Part shown: one piece after another, positions 1 through 9,506 of the stretch
Numbering within the stretch: the first letter of the stretch is position 1
Layout of the letters: each line of letters begins with the position of its first letter
Assembly (NCBI GenBank): GCA_905339405.1
Contig: CAJPGC010000011.1
Span: forward strand, 7,588-71,587
Length of the DNA stretch: 64,000 bases
Direction: 5' to 3'
Origin: an uncultured bacterium
GTDB lineage: Bacteria; Desulfobacterota; GWC2-55-46
Position numbers and translations under genes: made by a program
Notes under the pieces: model-generated
Seen by the model: only the letters and a program-made list of their open reading frames with translations
Databases searched by the model: none
Told to the model about the DNA's origin: nothing

Positions 1-1
1 T

Positions 2-1228
2 GTGCCCCACGGCACGCGTGCGCGGGTGGATAAAACAGGCGGTATGCACTGCCACGGCGTATGAGACGACGGTGGCGATTGCCGCGCCCACTCCGCCGTA
101 CAGCGGTATGAGGAGAAGGTTCATGACCACGTTCAGCACGGCCCCGGCTACGCTGGTCAGGAGGGAGAACCTTGTGAGCCCCTCGTTCACGAGCCATTTA
201 TTTCTCGCCACGCCGAGGAATACGAATACGCTCGCGAGGATATGGATGGAGAGGATGGCCGAGGCTTGCCGGTACGCCTCGCCGTAGAACAGGCTGATTA
301 TCTGAGGCGACAGGAGCATTACCGGTACCGTCACAACGAGAGCCGTCCATACCATGATGTCGTAGAGCCGCTGCATGAGCCTGTTGTAGAGTTCGTCGCC
401 TGCCGTCTTGCTCTTCACTACGGCCGGGAACACGGAAGTGACGATTATCATGGGAATGAAATAGCACCCCTCGGAGAGCCTTGCGGCGGCGGAGTATATG
501 CCGACCTCGGAGACGCCCGTCATCTCCGCCAGCATTATCTGGTCTATTTTCATGTAGACGGAGACGGCGACGCCGGAAAGGATGAGCGGCCACGATTCGC
601 TAAGGAGCTCTTTTGCCCTCCCAAGCTCGAACCTCCACTTCATTACCGACTGCCCTGAGGCCTTGTACGCCATGAGGAGACCCGCGGCAATGAGAAGAGT
701 CTCAAGGGTCACGGCCGCGCCAAAGGCCGCCAATGGGGCCTTCAGGAATATGAGGCTGATTTTAACTGCCGCGCCAGCCAACAGGGCCGCTGAAGTTGCG
801 ACTACCGTATACCGCGACAGTACCTGGGACTGAAACCACAGGTCAATGCTTTCAAACGACTTGAAAACGACCGATGGCGCTATCAGGAAAGCGAGGCCGA
901 GGACGACCGGGTCGCCGGGCCTCATGTAAAGGATCCCGGCAAAGGTCAATGCTATCGCTAGCGCCGCCCCGCAAAGCCTCAAGGCCAGCGCGGTGCCGAG
1001 AGTAGAGGCGGCGCTTTTCCCGAGCACTATGTCGCGCACGACTATGCTTTCGAGTCCGAGAGTCCCGAAAACCAGAAAAAGCATGAAAAAAGCGACTACA
1101 AGATTGAGGGTGCCGAACTGCTCGGGGCCGAGATATCTCGCTATCCACACCTCGACGACAAGGACGATGCCTACGCGCAGCACCTTCTCGGAGAAGAGCC
1201 ATCCGATGTTCTTGATGATGTCAAGCAT
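2..1228 (-). CDS. wzx: Wzx-type polysaccharide flippase (3' end runs off the left edge of the window)
   Basis: Absent from the ORF track because the frame stays open to position 1. Manual translation gives MLDIIKNIGWLFSEKVLRVGIVLVVEVWIARYLGPEQFG...LNVVMNLLLIPLYGGVGAAIATVVSYAV, the typical flippase N- and C-terminal motifs. Alternative TTG start at 1249. Confidence 0.88.
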   Translation of the reverse strand, partial: MLDIIKNIGWLFSEKVLRVGIVLVVEVWIARYLGPEQFGTLNLVVAFFMLFLVFGTLGLESIVVRDIVLGKSAASTLGTALALRLCGAALAIALTFAGILYMRPGDPVVLGLAFLIAPSVVFKSFESIDLWFQSQVLSRYTVVATSAALLAGAAVKISLIFLKAPLAAFGAAVTLETLLIAAGLLMAYKASGQSVMKWRFELGRAKELLSESWPLILSGVAVSVYMKIDQIMLAEMTGVSEVGIYSAAARLSEGCYFIPMIIVTSVFPAVVKSKTAGDELYNRLMQRLYDIMVWTALVVTVPVMLLSPQIISLFYGEAYRQASAILSIHILASVFVFLGVARNKWLVNEGLTRFSLLTSVAGAVLNVVMNLLLIPLYGGVGAAIATVVSYAVAVHTACFIHPRTRAVGH

Positions 1229-1263
1229 GTGTTTGCGCTGAGAGGACAATATCTTTACGGGGC

Positions 1264-2049
1264 TTATCGCTTGGAGTTCTTGCCGGGCACCGCGTAGATC
1301 TCGGTCCCTGCGCCGCCGGCTTCAGTCACCGCCGTCCCGTCGAGCCTGTAGACGCCGTAGCCGGAGTCCTTCAATATCTTGAACGAACGCTCGGTAGCTT
1401 CCCTGCCGTGGAGCGCGATGAACCAGACGGCCTTGCCGGCCTTGAGGAGTTCGCGCGCTCCCTCGAGCACGAGTGCCTCGGCCCCTTCGACGTCCATCTT
1501 GATGAGGTCCGGAACAGGATAGCCCTTGGACTTCAGCTCATCCAGGGCCATCGTGGGGACGTTCAACGTGGAGCCGCCTCCGAGCGAGCCCATGTAATTG
1601 CTCGCCGATATATTAAAGGGCGAGACCCCGTTTTCCTGCGCTATGGCCGTGTTGATGAGCGTCACGTTCTCAAGGCCGTTCATCTTTATGTGCCTCAGAA
1701 GAAAGGCCGCGTTCTCCGGCAGCGGCTCAAAGGCGTAGACGCGCCCCTTGTTCCCGGCAAGCCTGGAGAACAAAAGCGTATAATACCCGGAGTTGGCGCC
1801 GATGTCGTATACCGTCATGCCGGCGCGCATGAACTTTTGCATGACCGCCTGCTTGTCGAGCTCGTATGTCCCCAGCCAGCAGCCGTGCGTCCCTGAGCCA
1901 GCGACCCAGCTCATGCCCTTGCACGGGCCGCTCTTTACCTTCAAAACCGCATTCCTGGGTATAAGCCGGAGAGGAAGACGCAAAAGCCTGCCTAAAAGTG
2001 AATTTACCGGGACGCCAGCCCAGTCCCTCTTGCTAATCGAAAAGGTCAT
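1264..2049 (-). CDS. FkbM family methyltransferase (likely polysaccharide O-methylation)
   Basis: VYDIGANSGYYT SAM-binding motif, VYAFEPLPEN, LIKMDVEGAE; inside the polysaccharide locus. Confidence 0.88.
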   Translation of the reverse strand: MTFSISKRDWAGVPVNSLLGRLLRLPLRLIPRNAVLKVKSGPCKGMSWVAGSGTHGCWLGTYELDKQAVMQKFMRAGMTVYDIGANSGYYTLLFSRLAGNKGRVYAFEPLPENAAFLLRHIKMNGLENVTLINTAIAQENGVSPFNISASNYMGSLGGGSTLNVPTMALDELKSKGYPVPDLIKMDVEGAEALVLEGARELLKAGKAVWFIALHGREATERSFKILKDSGYGVYRLDGTAVTEAGGAGTEIYAVPGKNSKR

Positions 2050-2124
2050 TTTTACACCTTTGCCCCATGCCTGCGGGGGAGTAGTTTGTGATTGTCCTGC
2101 TTCATGCCGTCCGGCCGATACATC

Positions 2125-3288
2125 TTAACGCTTTAAGGCCGCGCCTCGCCTTGCGCTTGAGAACTCCATGGCAAAAGCGAGGAAGACAGAGAACACCGCT
2201 CCGAGCATGGTCGAGATGGCTACTATGCGCCCTATCCTCGGTCGCGATTTCTTCTCGGGGGTCTTCGCGGAATCAAGCACCTGGACGGTCGGGCTGTCCT
2301 TCGCTTCCTGGATACGCGCGATCTCGTATTGTTGCGTGAGGAGCTCCACAAGCGTCTCCTGCACTTTTGCGTCCCTTAAGAGCCTCACGAACTGGAAAGA
2401 GAGGTCAGGTATCCTGTCAGTCGGTATGAATATGTCCTTACCGCCGGAGGAGCGCGCCACGCTTCCGCCCTCAAGCTCCCTCATTTTGACTCTAAGCCCT
2501 TTGACCTCAGCCTCAAGGAGCTGTACCTTAGGGTTCGCGGCTGTAGCGAAATCCATAAGTGTGTCGAGTTCGACCTCTTTCGCCATGAGCTGGCCCTTGA
2601 CAGACCCGATGGCGTCGATTATCGCTTTTGACTGGTCGTCAAGTTTTATGGCCTTATTTCTCTCCTGGAAAGCCCTTATCGCGTCCTCTACTTTGGAGAG
2701 CTCGGTTTTTGCCTCGTCGAGCCTCTTTTCAAGGAATGCCCTTGTCCTCGCGCCGGAAGTCATGACGCTCGACCTGTTCACCCTGTCGAGCTCCTCGATG
2801 AAGGCGTTTGCCATTTTCGCGGCTGTCTCAGGGTCTTCGTCCAGAACAGAGACCTTGATTATCTCTTCCTTGGTCTTTTGAATGACCACCGCGCCGTTCA
2901 GTTCATCCCTGGTGTCCTCTATCGTGCCGGTGCCGTATCTCTCCCGCAGGCCGAACCGCTCGATTATCGCGTCCTTCACGTTCCGGCTCTGCAATACGCC
3001 GACCCACAGGTCAGACGGCGACTTTATGCCTAAAACTCCGCTTGCCAGGCCGCCGATCCCTGAAGCTCCTCCCGCCAGCCCCATCGAAATGGAATCCTCC
3101 GGCTTCGGCGGCATGACGCTGACGGTCGCCTCATACTCCTTCGGCAGCAGCAAGGCCACCAGGATGGAAATGACAAACGCGCACCCGGTTATGGCGAGGA
3201 TTATCTTCCTGCGCCTCAAGATCACGTCGAGATAGGCGGCCAGGTTTATCTCCTCTTCGCCCATGAAAGCTCTTTTATTTTCGTCCAT
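2125..3288 (-). CDS. Wzz/GumC-type polysaccharide co-polymerase (chain-length regulator), no kinase domain
   Basis: EEEINLAAYLDVILRRRK N-terminus, two TM helices flanking a coiled-coil periplasmic region, VQVLDSAKTPEKKSRP GNVR-like motif. Confidence 0.88.
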   Translation of the reverse strand: MDENKRAFMGEEEINLAAYLDVILRRRKIILAITGCAFVISILVALLLPKEYEATVSVMPPKPEDSISMGLAGGASGIGGLASGVLGIKSPSDLWVGVLQSRNVKDAIIERFGLRERYGTGTIEDTRDELNGAVVIQKTKEEIIKVSVLDEDPETAAKMANAFIEELDRVNRSSVMTSGARTRAFLEKRLDEAKTELSKVEDAIRAFQERNKAIKLDDQSKAIIDAIGSVKGQLMAKEVELDTLMDFATAANPKVQLLEAEVKGLRVKMRELEGGSVARSSGGKDIFIPTDRIPDLSFQFVRLLRDAKVQETLVELLTQQYEIARIQEAKDSPTVQVLDSAKTPEKKSRPRIGRIVAISTMLGAVFSVFLAFAMEFSSARRGAALKR

Positions 3289-3319
3289 GTTATCCTCTTA
3301 CTTGTCGAAACGGCGCTTG

Positions 3320-3489
3320 TACTGGCGCGAAAAATGCTAAGGCTTTTAAAATCAGCTGGGGTTCGTGATATTCCCCTGCCCGGGCCGGAAAGGCGGTTCA
3401 CGGGACTAAACTGGTTGGTGCTCTCGCAAGAGGTCAGGAAGTTTGTGCATTGAGGGCCAGTCCCCGGTAGAAAAAACGCGGCGCCAGTA
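3320..3489. ncRNA. Candidate structured RNA or cis-element in the OPX-wzz intergenic region (unclassified)
   Basis: 9-bp closing inverted repeat TACTGGCGC (3320-3328)/GCGCCAGTA (3481-3489) enclosing several nested hairpins, including a GCAA tetraloop; no family recognised. Confidence 0.35.
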
Positions 3490-3506
3490 AAAAAATGGGC
3501 GGAGGT

Positions 3507-5543
3507 TTAGAAAGCGACGATAAGGACGCCTGCAGTGACCGCTATCTGGTAGAGTATCTGCGTTATGTCCTTGACTTCCCTGAGCCAGACGACCTTTTCG
3601 ATCTTTTCAGGCACCATGATGGTGTCTCCTGGGTCGAGGCTCTTCGAGGAGAAGCTGGCGAACCAGCCGGACGAGTTCCTCTTGCTTATGGCCGTGCCGT
3701 TTACCTTCAAAATGTACATCTCGTCTTCGTCGGCGTTCTTGGTGAAGCCGCCGGCCATCTTCAGATACCCGGACACGCTCGTGTCCGGAGAATAAATGAA
3801 GCTGGTCTGGTTGTACACGGACCCTATTACCTGCACCTGAGCGGGGTTCGTAGGGATGTGGAGCTCGTCGCCTTCCTCTAGGGCTATGTCGTATTGAGAA
3901 CCCTTGAAGCTGTCGAAAGGCTCAAGTTCTATGGCGAGCCGTCCTGAGGCCTTTGCGGCCCTTATTTTCGCGATGAGAAGCCTTTTCTGCTCGGTGGCCT
4001 GCTTTAGCTGGAGAGCGGCCTGCGGGTCGAGCGTTGTTTCAGCCGTCTCCGCTGAACTGCCTAAAAGCTCGAATTCGAGCCTTCTTGCCAGGTCCTCTAT
4101 CTGCCGCTGCTGCAGGTCTCTTACGGAGACCCTGGTGAAAAAAGCCCCTTTCAGGTAGGCCTTGTCCGTGAACCCTCCGGCCCTTTCGATGAGGGATTCG
4201 ATCGTCTCGTTCTTTTCTATGGTATAGGTGCCGGGGAACTTGACCTCGCCTTTTATTGTCACGGTCCTGTAAAGCTCCCATTCAGGCACGTTGCGTATGA
4301 ACAGATAATCGTTATCGAGAAGCGCGATGTCATGCGCCGGGTCTCCGGCGAGCGCGCGTTCGAGGTCGATATTGGTTTTTTTCGTCTCAGGGCCTGCCGG
4401 GGTCGGCACCACCCTCGTAAGCTCGGCCTGCTTTTTGTAGGCGTAAGGCTTGAGTCCGCCGGAGAGGGCAATGAGACTGCTTACCGTAAGTTCTTTGCCG
4501 ATGGCGTATGCGCCCCCCCTCTCGACGGCCCCGGAAAGCCTCACGACCTTCCTGTCATAGACAGCCTCGAAGATTGAGACGATATCGCCCGGCCTTATCT
4601 CCATGGAATCAGAGCCCTCGAGCGGCGACTCTGTGGCCACTATCCTCCCGTCTTCCGTTACCCTGTCTATCCTTACCCTGCCCCGGAAGGCGAGATCGCT
4701 TTTTCCTCCGGCCATCTCGACGGCGTCCTTGAGCGTCATGGCGCCCTTGAATTCATAGATGCCCGGGGATTTCACATAACCGGAGACCGCGACCAGCGGC
4801 CCGGCCGGGGGTATGAATATAACGTCGTCCGGCATGAGCCTTATGTCCCCGGACTTGTCTCCCTTGAGCAGGAGGTCGTAGGCGTCGAACACCGTGACGG
4901 TCTTGCCGTTCCTCATTACCCTGATATCGCGCAGCGACCCGTTCCTGTCCGGGCCGCCCGAGATGATGAGCGCATTGAGGAGCGTGGACATCGAGGATAT
5001 GGTGTAGCTTCCGGGAGAAGCGGCCCTGCCCGCAACGAACACCCTGATTGAGGAGAGCGCGCCGAGACTTACGTTCATCCTGACTTCTGACGGTTTGTAA
5101 TACCTGGACAGTTCCTGCAGGAGATAGTCCCTGGCCTCCGCAAAGGTAAGACCTGCCAGATGGAGCGTGCCGAACTCGCCGAGGTTTACCTGGCCGTCCC
5201 TGTCTATGGTGACCGCCACGCTGGAGTTGACCTTGCCCCAGATGTTGACCCTGAGCTCATCTCCTGGGCCCAGAAGGTAGCCGGGGCCCACGGGCATGAG
5301 CTGGGCAGCATCAAAGCCCGACCTGCGGCTGAAAATGTCATAGCCGAATTGCCTTAGAGTTTGAGGCTGTTCGAAGTAATCCAAGACGGTTTCGTTGGCA
5401 TATGCTTCGAATACAGAAAGGCCTGCGGCAGGGGCCGCTTCCGGCTGACCTGTCTCCTGTGTGCGGGCTTCTCGAGGGAGGAAAAGGAAGATGACCAGAA
5501 AAAAAAGATGAAATAAAAAAAAGCTTCTGAGATGCTTCGTCAC
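3507..5543 (-). CDS. Polysaccharide export protein with multiple SLBB domains (OPX; KpsD/OtnA-like)
   Basis: Signal peptide, YLLGPGDELRVNIWG Poly_export motif, repeated SLBB units (GYVKSPGIY, GEVKFPGTY, GSVYNQTSF), C-terminal amphipathic helix. Confidence 0.88.
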   Translation of the reverse strand: MTKHLRSFFLFHLFFLVIFLFLPREARTQETGQPEAAPAAGLSVFEAYANETVLDYFEQPQTLRQFGYDIFSRRSGFDAAQLMPVGPGYLLGPGDELRVNIWGKVNSSVAVTIDRDGQVNLGEFGTLHLAGLTFAEARDYLLQELSRYYKPSEVRMNVSLGALSSIRVFVAGRAASPGSYTISSMSTLLNALIISGGPDRNGSLRDIRVMRNGKTVTVFDAYDLLLKGDKSGDIRLMPDDVIFIPPAGPLVAVSGYVKSPGIYEFKGAMTLKDAVEMAGGKSDLAFRGRVRIDRVTEDGRIVATESPLEGSDSMEIRPGDIVSIFEAVYDRKVVRLSGAVERGGAYAIGKELTVSSLIALSGGLKPYAYKKQAELTRVVPTPAGPETKKTNIDLERALAGDPAHDIALLDNDYLFIRNVPEWELYRTVTIKGEVKFPGTYTIEKNETIESLIERAGGFTDKAYLKGAFFTRVSVRDLQQRQIEDLARRLEFELLGSSAETAETTLDPQAALQLKQATEQKRLLIAKIRAAKASGRLAIELEPFDSFKGSQYDIALEEGDELHIPTNPAQVQVIGSVYNQTSFIYSPDTSVSGYLKMAGGFTKNADEDEMYILKVNGTAISKRNSSGWFASFSSKSLDPGDTIMVPEKIEKVVWLREVKDITQILYQIAVTAGVLIVAF

Positions 5544-5594
5544 GGCTGCGCTTTCATGTCTGCTGGATGGATTTTAGTGAAAGATTTCCATAAT

Positions 5595-5623
5595 TTTATA
5601 AGACGAATCACGAAGATTGTCAA
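5595..5623 (-). promoter_or_regulatory. sigma70-type promoter for the OPX gene
   Basis: TTGACA-17 nt-TATAAA on the minus strand. Confidence 0.65.
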
Positions 5624-5843
5624 ATCAAAAAGAGGGCTTCGGAGCCCGCTTGAGCGCATTCCCTGATGGTGCCGCCGCCGCTGCCCTGAACATGGGCGCC
5701 CTGGAAAGTCTCACGTCAATAACGCGCGCCTCGGCTGCCTGAATAATAAGGGGCTGGCGTATTTATCCTATTACAAGGCGGATTGGCGCGAATTCAGGTG
5801 ATTGTGGAGAGAATTGAAGGACAACGATATGGCGAAACTGCTC

Positions 5844-7532
5844 TTATGAGGGGGTAATTCTTTTTCGAAACAGCGCAATCACTACCAGCGCGGCGGCCAG
5901 CATCAGGAGGAAAGAAGCCTCCGGGGCCTCCACCGGCCGCGGGGTATCAGGCAGGCCTCCGCCACCTGACGATGTGCCGTCGTCCGGGAGGTCCGGGAAG
6001 GGAATTCCTGACCAGTTGACCGTCGTGTTCGATACCGATACGTTGCCGGAAAAAGTCACCTGGGTGGAACTTCCATTTTTCACGATGCCGTAAGAGTTGG
6101 ATTCGGCAGTGTTCCCGCTCACCCTGACATTGCTGTTCCCGGAGTTGATGTCTATGCCATGTACTTTGTTGCCGGACGCGCGATTGCCCTCGATATCTAT
6201 CTCCGAGCCGTTCTGTACGGATATCCCGTGAGTGCCGTTGCCAGATGACGTGTTGTCCTTTATGGTTACATGGCTGTAACCGGCCGAATTTACACCCGCC
6301 TTGGCGTTGCCCTCGACGGTGTTTCCGGCGATTTGCGCGTAATTTGTGCCCGTGCTGGAAAAAAGATGTATCCCGTGGCTGTTCCCGTCTGAAACGATAT
6401 TGCCGCTTATCGTCACGTTCTCAGAGACCATAGCGTATATTCCGGTCTTCTCCGAGTTCAGGACGGTATTTCCTGTAACGTCGTAGTCTGCGCCTATGCC
6501 GGCCGGGTCGCGCAGCGTTATGCCGTACCATTTCGCGTTCTCGACCGTGTTGCCCGTGACAGTCACCTGGCTGGAGCCGGTCACGCCTATTCCACCGGGT
6601 GCGAGCATCTCGTTCGTAGTCCCGTTATTGGTGTTTTCAACGTGATTGTTCGCTATGGTGGTCTGGCGGACCCCCTGGGCATAAATACCGGCCCCATAAT
6701 ATGTGGCGGTCACGTCGCTGATGTCCTTGACGGTATTTCCAATGACCGTGTTGCCTATGACATCAGCGGCCGTCGCGCCGTTGAGCGCGTACAGGACTAT
6801 CCCGTACCTGTCGTGCGCAGTGACGAGATTGTTTTCAATGGCGTTATAGTTCGCGCCGTCCCCGGGCTTTATGGCCTGCACGAGAATACCGGTCCCAGAC
6901 CCGGAGACGCATTTGTTGCCGCTCACCGTGTTGTTGGAAGACGAGTACTTCAGCGCTATATCCGCAGAATCCTGCCTGTAATGGACGAATGAGACCATCT
7001 CGTTTCCGGTTATCTGGCTGTAAGTGGTGTCCTTGAGGTGTATGCCGGTATTCCCGATGTTCTCGAACCTGTTCCCCTCTACGCTCACCCTGCTGCTGCC
7101 CGCCAGATATATGCCGTTCCCGGTTGCGTCAGATAAAGCATCCCCGGGGCCGTATATGTTAAGTCCCGTTAGGCGCACGTCTTTTACGTTCGCCCCGCTT
7201 ATGACGTTTGCGCCAGGTGTAATCTGCCGTATCTGAGAACTCAGGCCGTCTCCCACTATCGATGAGTTGCTCGTGAGGTTCAAGGCCGAGCTTATTTTGT
7301 AAAAGGCCGAAGTGCCTGGAAGATAGACTTTCTTCCCCTCGTTTATGGCCTTCTGGATGGCCGCGGTATCGTCAGCCACGCCGTCCCCGACCGCGCCGAA
7401 AGAGCGGGCGTCTACATAAGTCCCGGAGTCCGTGTTTATCGTTGAGGTGGTTTCTTCGGCTGAACAGGCCGGGACAGCGCAAAGAAAACTGAAGAGGCAG
7501 ACGAAAACAGCAGATATGAGCCGTACGCCCAT
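5844..7532 (-). CDS. Secreted right-handed beta-helix protein (Pectate_lyase_3/NosD-like) with a PEP-CTERM-like C-terminal sorting signal
   Basis: Signal peptide from M25 of the listed ORF (MGVRLISAVF...CSA), VDARSFGAVGDGVADDTAAIQKAI, many PbH1 repeats (ITGN/VSGN), tail GGGG-LPDTPRPVEAPEAS-hydrophobic TM-FRKR. Confidence 0.8.
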   Translation of the reverse strand: MGVRLISAVFVCLFSFLCAVPACSAEETTSTINTDSGTYVDARSFGAVGDGVADDTAAIQKAINEGKKVYLPGTSAFYKISSALNLTSNSSIVGDGLSSQIRQITPGANVISGANVKDVRLTGLNIYGPGDALSDATGNGIYLAGSSRVSVEGNRFENIGNTGIHLKDTTYSQITGNEMVSFVHYRQDSADIALKYSSSNNTVSGNKCVSGSGTGILVQAIKPGDGANYNAIENNLVTAHDRYGIVLYALNGATAADVIGNTVIGNTVKDISDVTATYYGAGIYAQGVRQTTIANNHVENTNNGTTNEMLAPGGIGVTGSSQVTVTGNTVENAKWYGITLRDPAGIGADYDVTGNTVLNSEKTGIYAMVSENVTISGNIVSDGNSHGIHLFSSTGTNYAQIAGNTVEGNAKAGVNSAGYSHVTIKDNTSSGNGTHGISVQNGSEIDIEGNRASGNKVHGIDINSGNSNVRVSGNTAESNSYGIVKNGSSTQVTFSGNVSVSNTTVNWSGIPFPDLPDDGTSSGGGGLPDTPRPVEAPEASFLLMLAAALVVIALFRKRITPS

Positions 7533-7726
7533 GGGTTGGGTCTCCGTGATTTGCGCAGTTTTTACAGACAGGCTGCTTTCATCCCGAGTCTCGACATGAC
7601 ACAAAGCATATCAGAGATTTTTGAAAAGTGAACTGTTCGAGCAGCAAAAATGGAGCTTTCCGGGCCGATGGAAAAATGGGATGAATTTTTCAAGGTTGGG
7701 AAATAAGACGGTGTGACCTGCGGCAG

Positions 7727-9130
7727 CTATACTCCTGTGCCGCGCAGCACCGCCGGGATGGTCTTGAGTATTATCTTGAAGTCCTGCAGGAGGGACCAGT
7801 TGTCGATATATTCCAGGTCGAGCTTCATCCACTGCTCGAACCCGATGTTGTTCCTGCCGCTTACCTGCCAGACGCAGGTAAGGCCGGGGCGCACGGAGAG
7901 TCTCCGGCGCTGCCACATGTCATATTTCTCGACCTCGGCCGGAATGGGCGGCCTCGGGCCCACGAGAGACATATCGCCCTTGAGCACGTTTATGAGCTGC
8001 GGGAGCTCATCAAGGCTGTACTTCCTCAGGAGCTTCCCTATGCCGGTCACTCTCGGGTCGTTCTTGGCCTTGAACACGGGGCCGGACATCTCGTTCAAGT
8101 GCTCGATGCTGGCCTTCATATTGTCGGCGCCTGCGACCATCGTCCTGAACTTCAGCAGGTTGAAGTGCCTGCCGTTCAAGCCTGACCTCTTCTGCTTGAA
8201 GAACACGGGGCCCGGAGAGCCGAGCTTTATGGCAAGGCTAATGACCGCGAAAACAGGGGCGCTCAGCAGGAGCACCGCAGAGGTGAAAGCGATATCGAAG
8301 GCCCTCTTCAAGACGAACCATTCCTCGATGCGCGGGTACGGCGTATAGGCGAGAAGCGGCCAGCCGTGTATCTCCTCGAAAGAACCGCTCGCGAGCTTGT
8401 GCGGGTAGAAATCAGCGGAGATGCTCGCCTTGATGCCTATCTCCTCGCAAAGGAGCACGTGCTTTTCTATCCTGTCGAGCCCGCTCCTGGGGACCACGAA
8501 AACTACCTCGTCGACCTGGTTCGAAATGAGGATGTCGGGGAGCTCGCTCAGGTTGCCGATAAACCGCCTGCAATTGGCCTTCCCCTGGCATATCTCGTTA
8601 TAATCGACGAAGCCGATGATGCGAAGGCCCCATTCCTTGTGCGCGTCCAGAATGTTGGCGAAAGCCTCAGCCCGTTTTCCGGAGCCCACTATGAGGATAG
8701 ACCTGTAGTTGTAGCCTTTTTTTCTGACGAAACGTGAAAAAAGGTAAACGGCCGACCTGATGGACGCGAGCAGGGCGAAGTCCATTACAAGAAACATTAT
8801 TACGAGCGCCCTGCTGATCTGCTCGAGCTTGAAGATGAAGAAGGCAGCCATGAGGATGAAGCCGCCCGAAAGGACAGCCTTCAAAACCGGCGCGAGCGTC
8901 TGAGGGAGGCTCTTGACCCTCAGCGACTGGTAGCAACGGTAGCGCAGCAGGAGGAAAAGCCAGACCGGGATAATGAGATAAAGCAGGAAAAAGTAGGATG
9001 AAAACGGCTTCAGCTGGACGTCGCCGACCATTGAGCGCAGCTTATAGGCGGCGAAAAACGATAAGGCCGTCACGCCCAGGTCTGTCGCTATCTGGGCCTG
9101 CCTTATGAACCTGTTGTTTTCTTTCAGCAT
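7727..9130 (-). CDS. Priming undecaprenyl-phosphate glycosylphosphotransferase (WcaJ/GumD-like sugar transferase)
   Basis: N-terminal TMs, CoA-binding-like ILIVGSG domain, Bac_transf motifs KFRTM, DPRVT, SLDELPQL, MSLVGPRP. Confidence 0.92.
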   Translation of the reverse strand: MLKENNRFIRQAQIATDLGVTALSFFAAYKLRSMVGDVQLKPFSSYFFLLYLIIPVWLFLLLRYRCYQSLRVKSLPQTLAPVLKAVLSGGFILMAAFFIFKLEQISRALVIMFLVMDFALLASIRSAVYLFSRFVRKKGYNYRSILIVGSGKRAEAFANILDAHKEWGLRIIGFVDYNEICQGKANCRRFIGNLSELPDILISNQVDEVVFVVPRSGLDRIEKHVLLCEEIGIKASISADFYPHKLASGSFEEIHGWPLLAYTPYPRIEEWFVLKRAFDIAFTSAVLLLSAPVFAVISLAIKLGSPGPVFFKQKRSGLNGRHFNLLKFRTMVAGADNMKASIEHLNEMSGPVFKAKNDPRVTGIGKLLRKYSLDELPQLINVLKGDMSLVGPRPPIPAEVEKYDMWQRRRLSVRPGLTCVWQVSGRNNIGFEQWMKLDLEYIDNWSLLQDFKIILKTIPAVLRGTGV

Positions 9131-9250
9131 CTCGAGCGTTACTCTCTGGGTGAAGGCGCTGCTGTCATCTCGTTACCTGCTTTGTTAAAAAAAAGGCAAC
9201 GAACGCGGAAAACAGGTCATGCAAGCGTTAAATTTGCAAAAAACGTTAAT

Positions 9251-9279
9251 AAAATAATCATTTGCGTACAGCTTGTCAA
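9251..9279 (-). promoter_or_regulatory. sigma70-type promoter at the head of the polysaccharide locus
   Basis: TTGACA-17-TATTTT in an AT-rich intergenic region. Confidence 0.5.
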
Positions 9280-9506
9280 TAAAAATGTGAGCTGCCGCAC
9301 ACTTGCGTTTCAATCGCCTTAATTTATTATCGGAAGGACCGCCGGAAAACTTGACTCCGGCAATCGGAAAGGTTTTTTCAATGAAAAACGAAGAGGTAAG
9401 GGCCTGACTTGAAACAGAGCAGAACAAAAAACAGGAAAAACCGGGGTGGTTTATAAAGACTGAGGCTTGCCTGGATGGAAAATTTGAGTTAAGTGGTCAA
9501 GGCCGT

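Noticed and set aside
3453-3466. GGGGACTGGCCC (minus strand) resembling the SAM-I P2 segment; GGGCCAGTCCCC and GGTTGGTG (plus strand) resembling parts of E. coli 6S RNA
   Set aside because: Remaining SAM-I motifs (AUC..GAG, GCAACC, GUGC) are absent, and the 6S-like pieces are in the wrong order; kept only as an unclassified structure
9283-9304. CRP/FNR-like palindrome AAATGTGA-N6-GCACACTT upstream of the EPS promoter
   Set aside because: One core mismatch and centred near -49.5 of the predicted promoter, not at a canonical class I or II position; too weak to call
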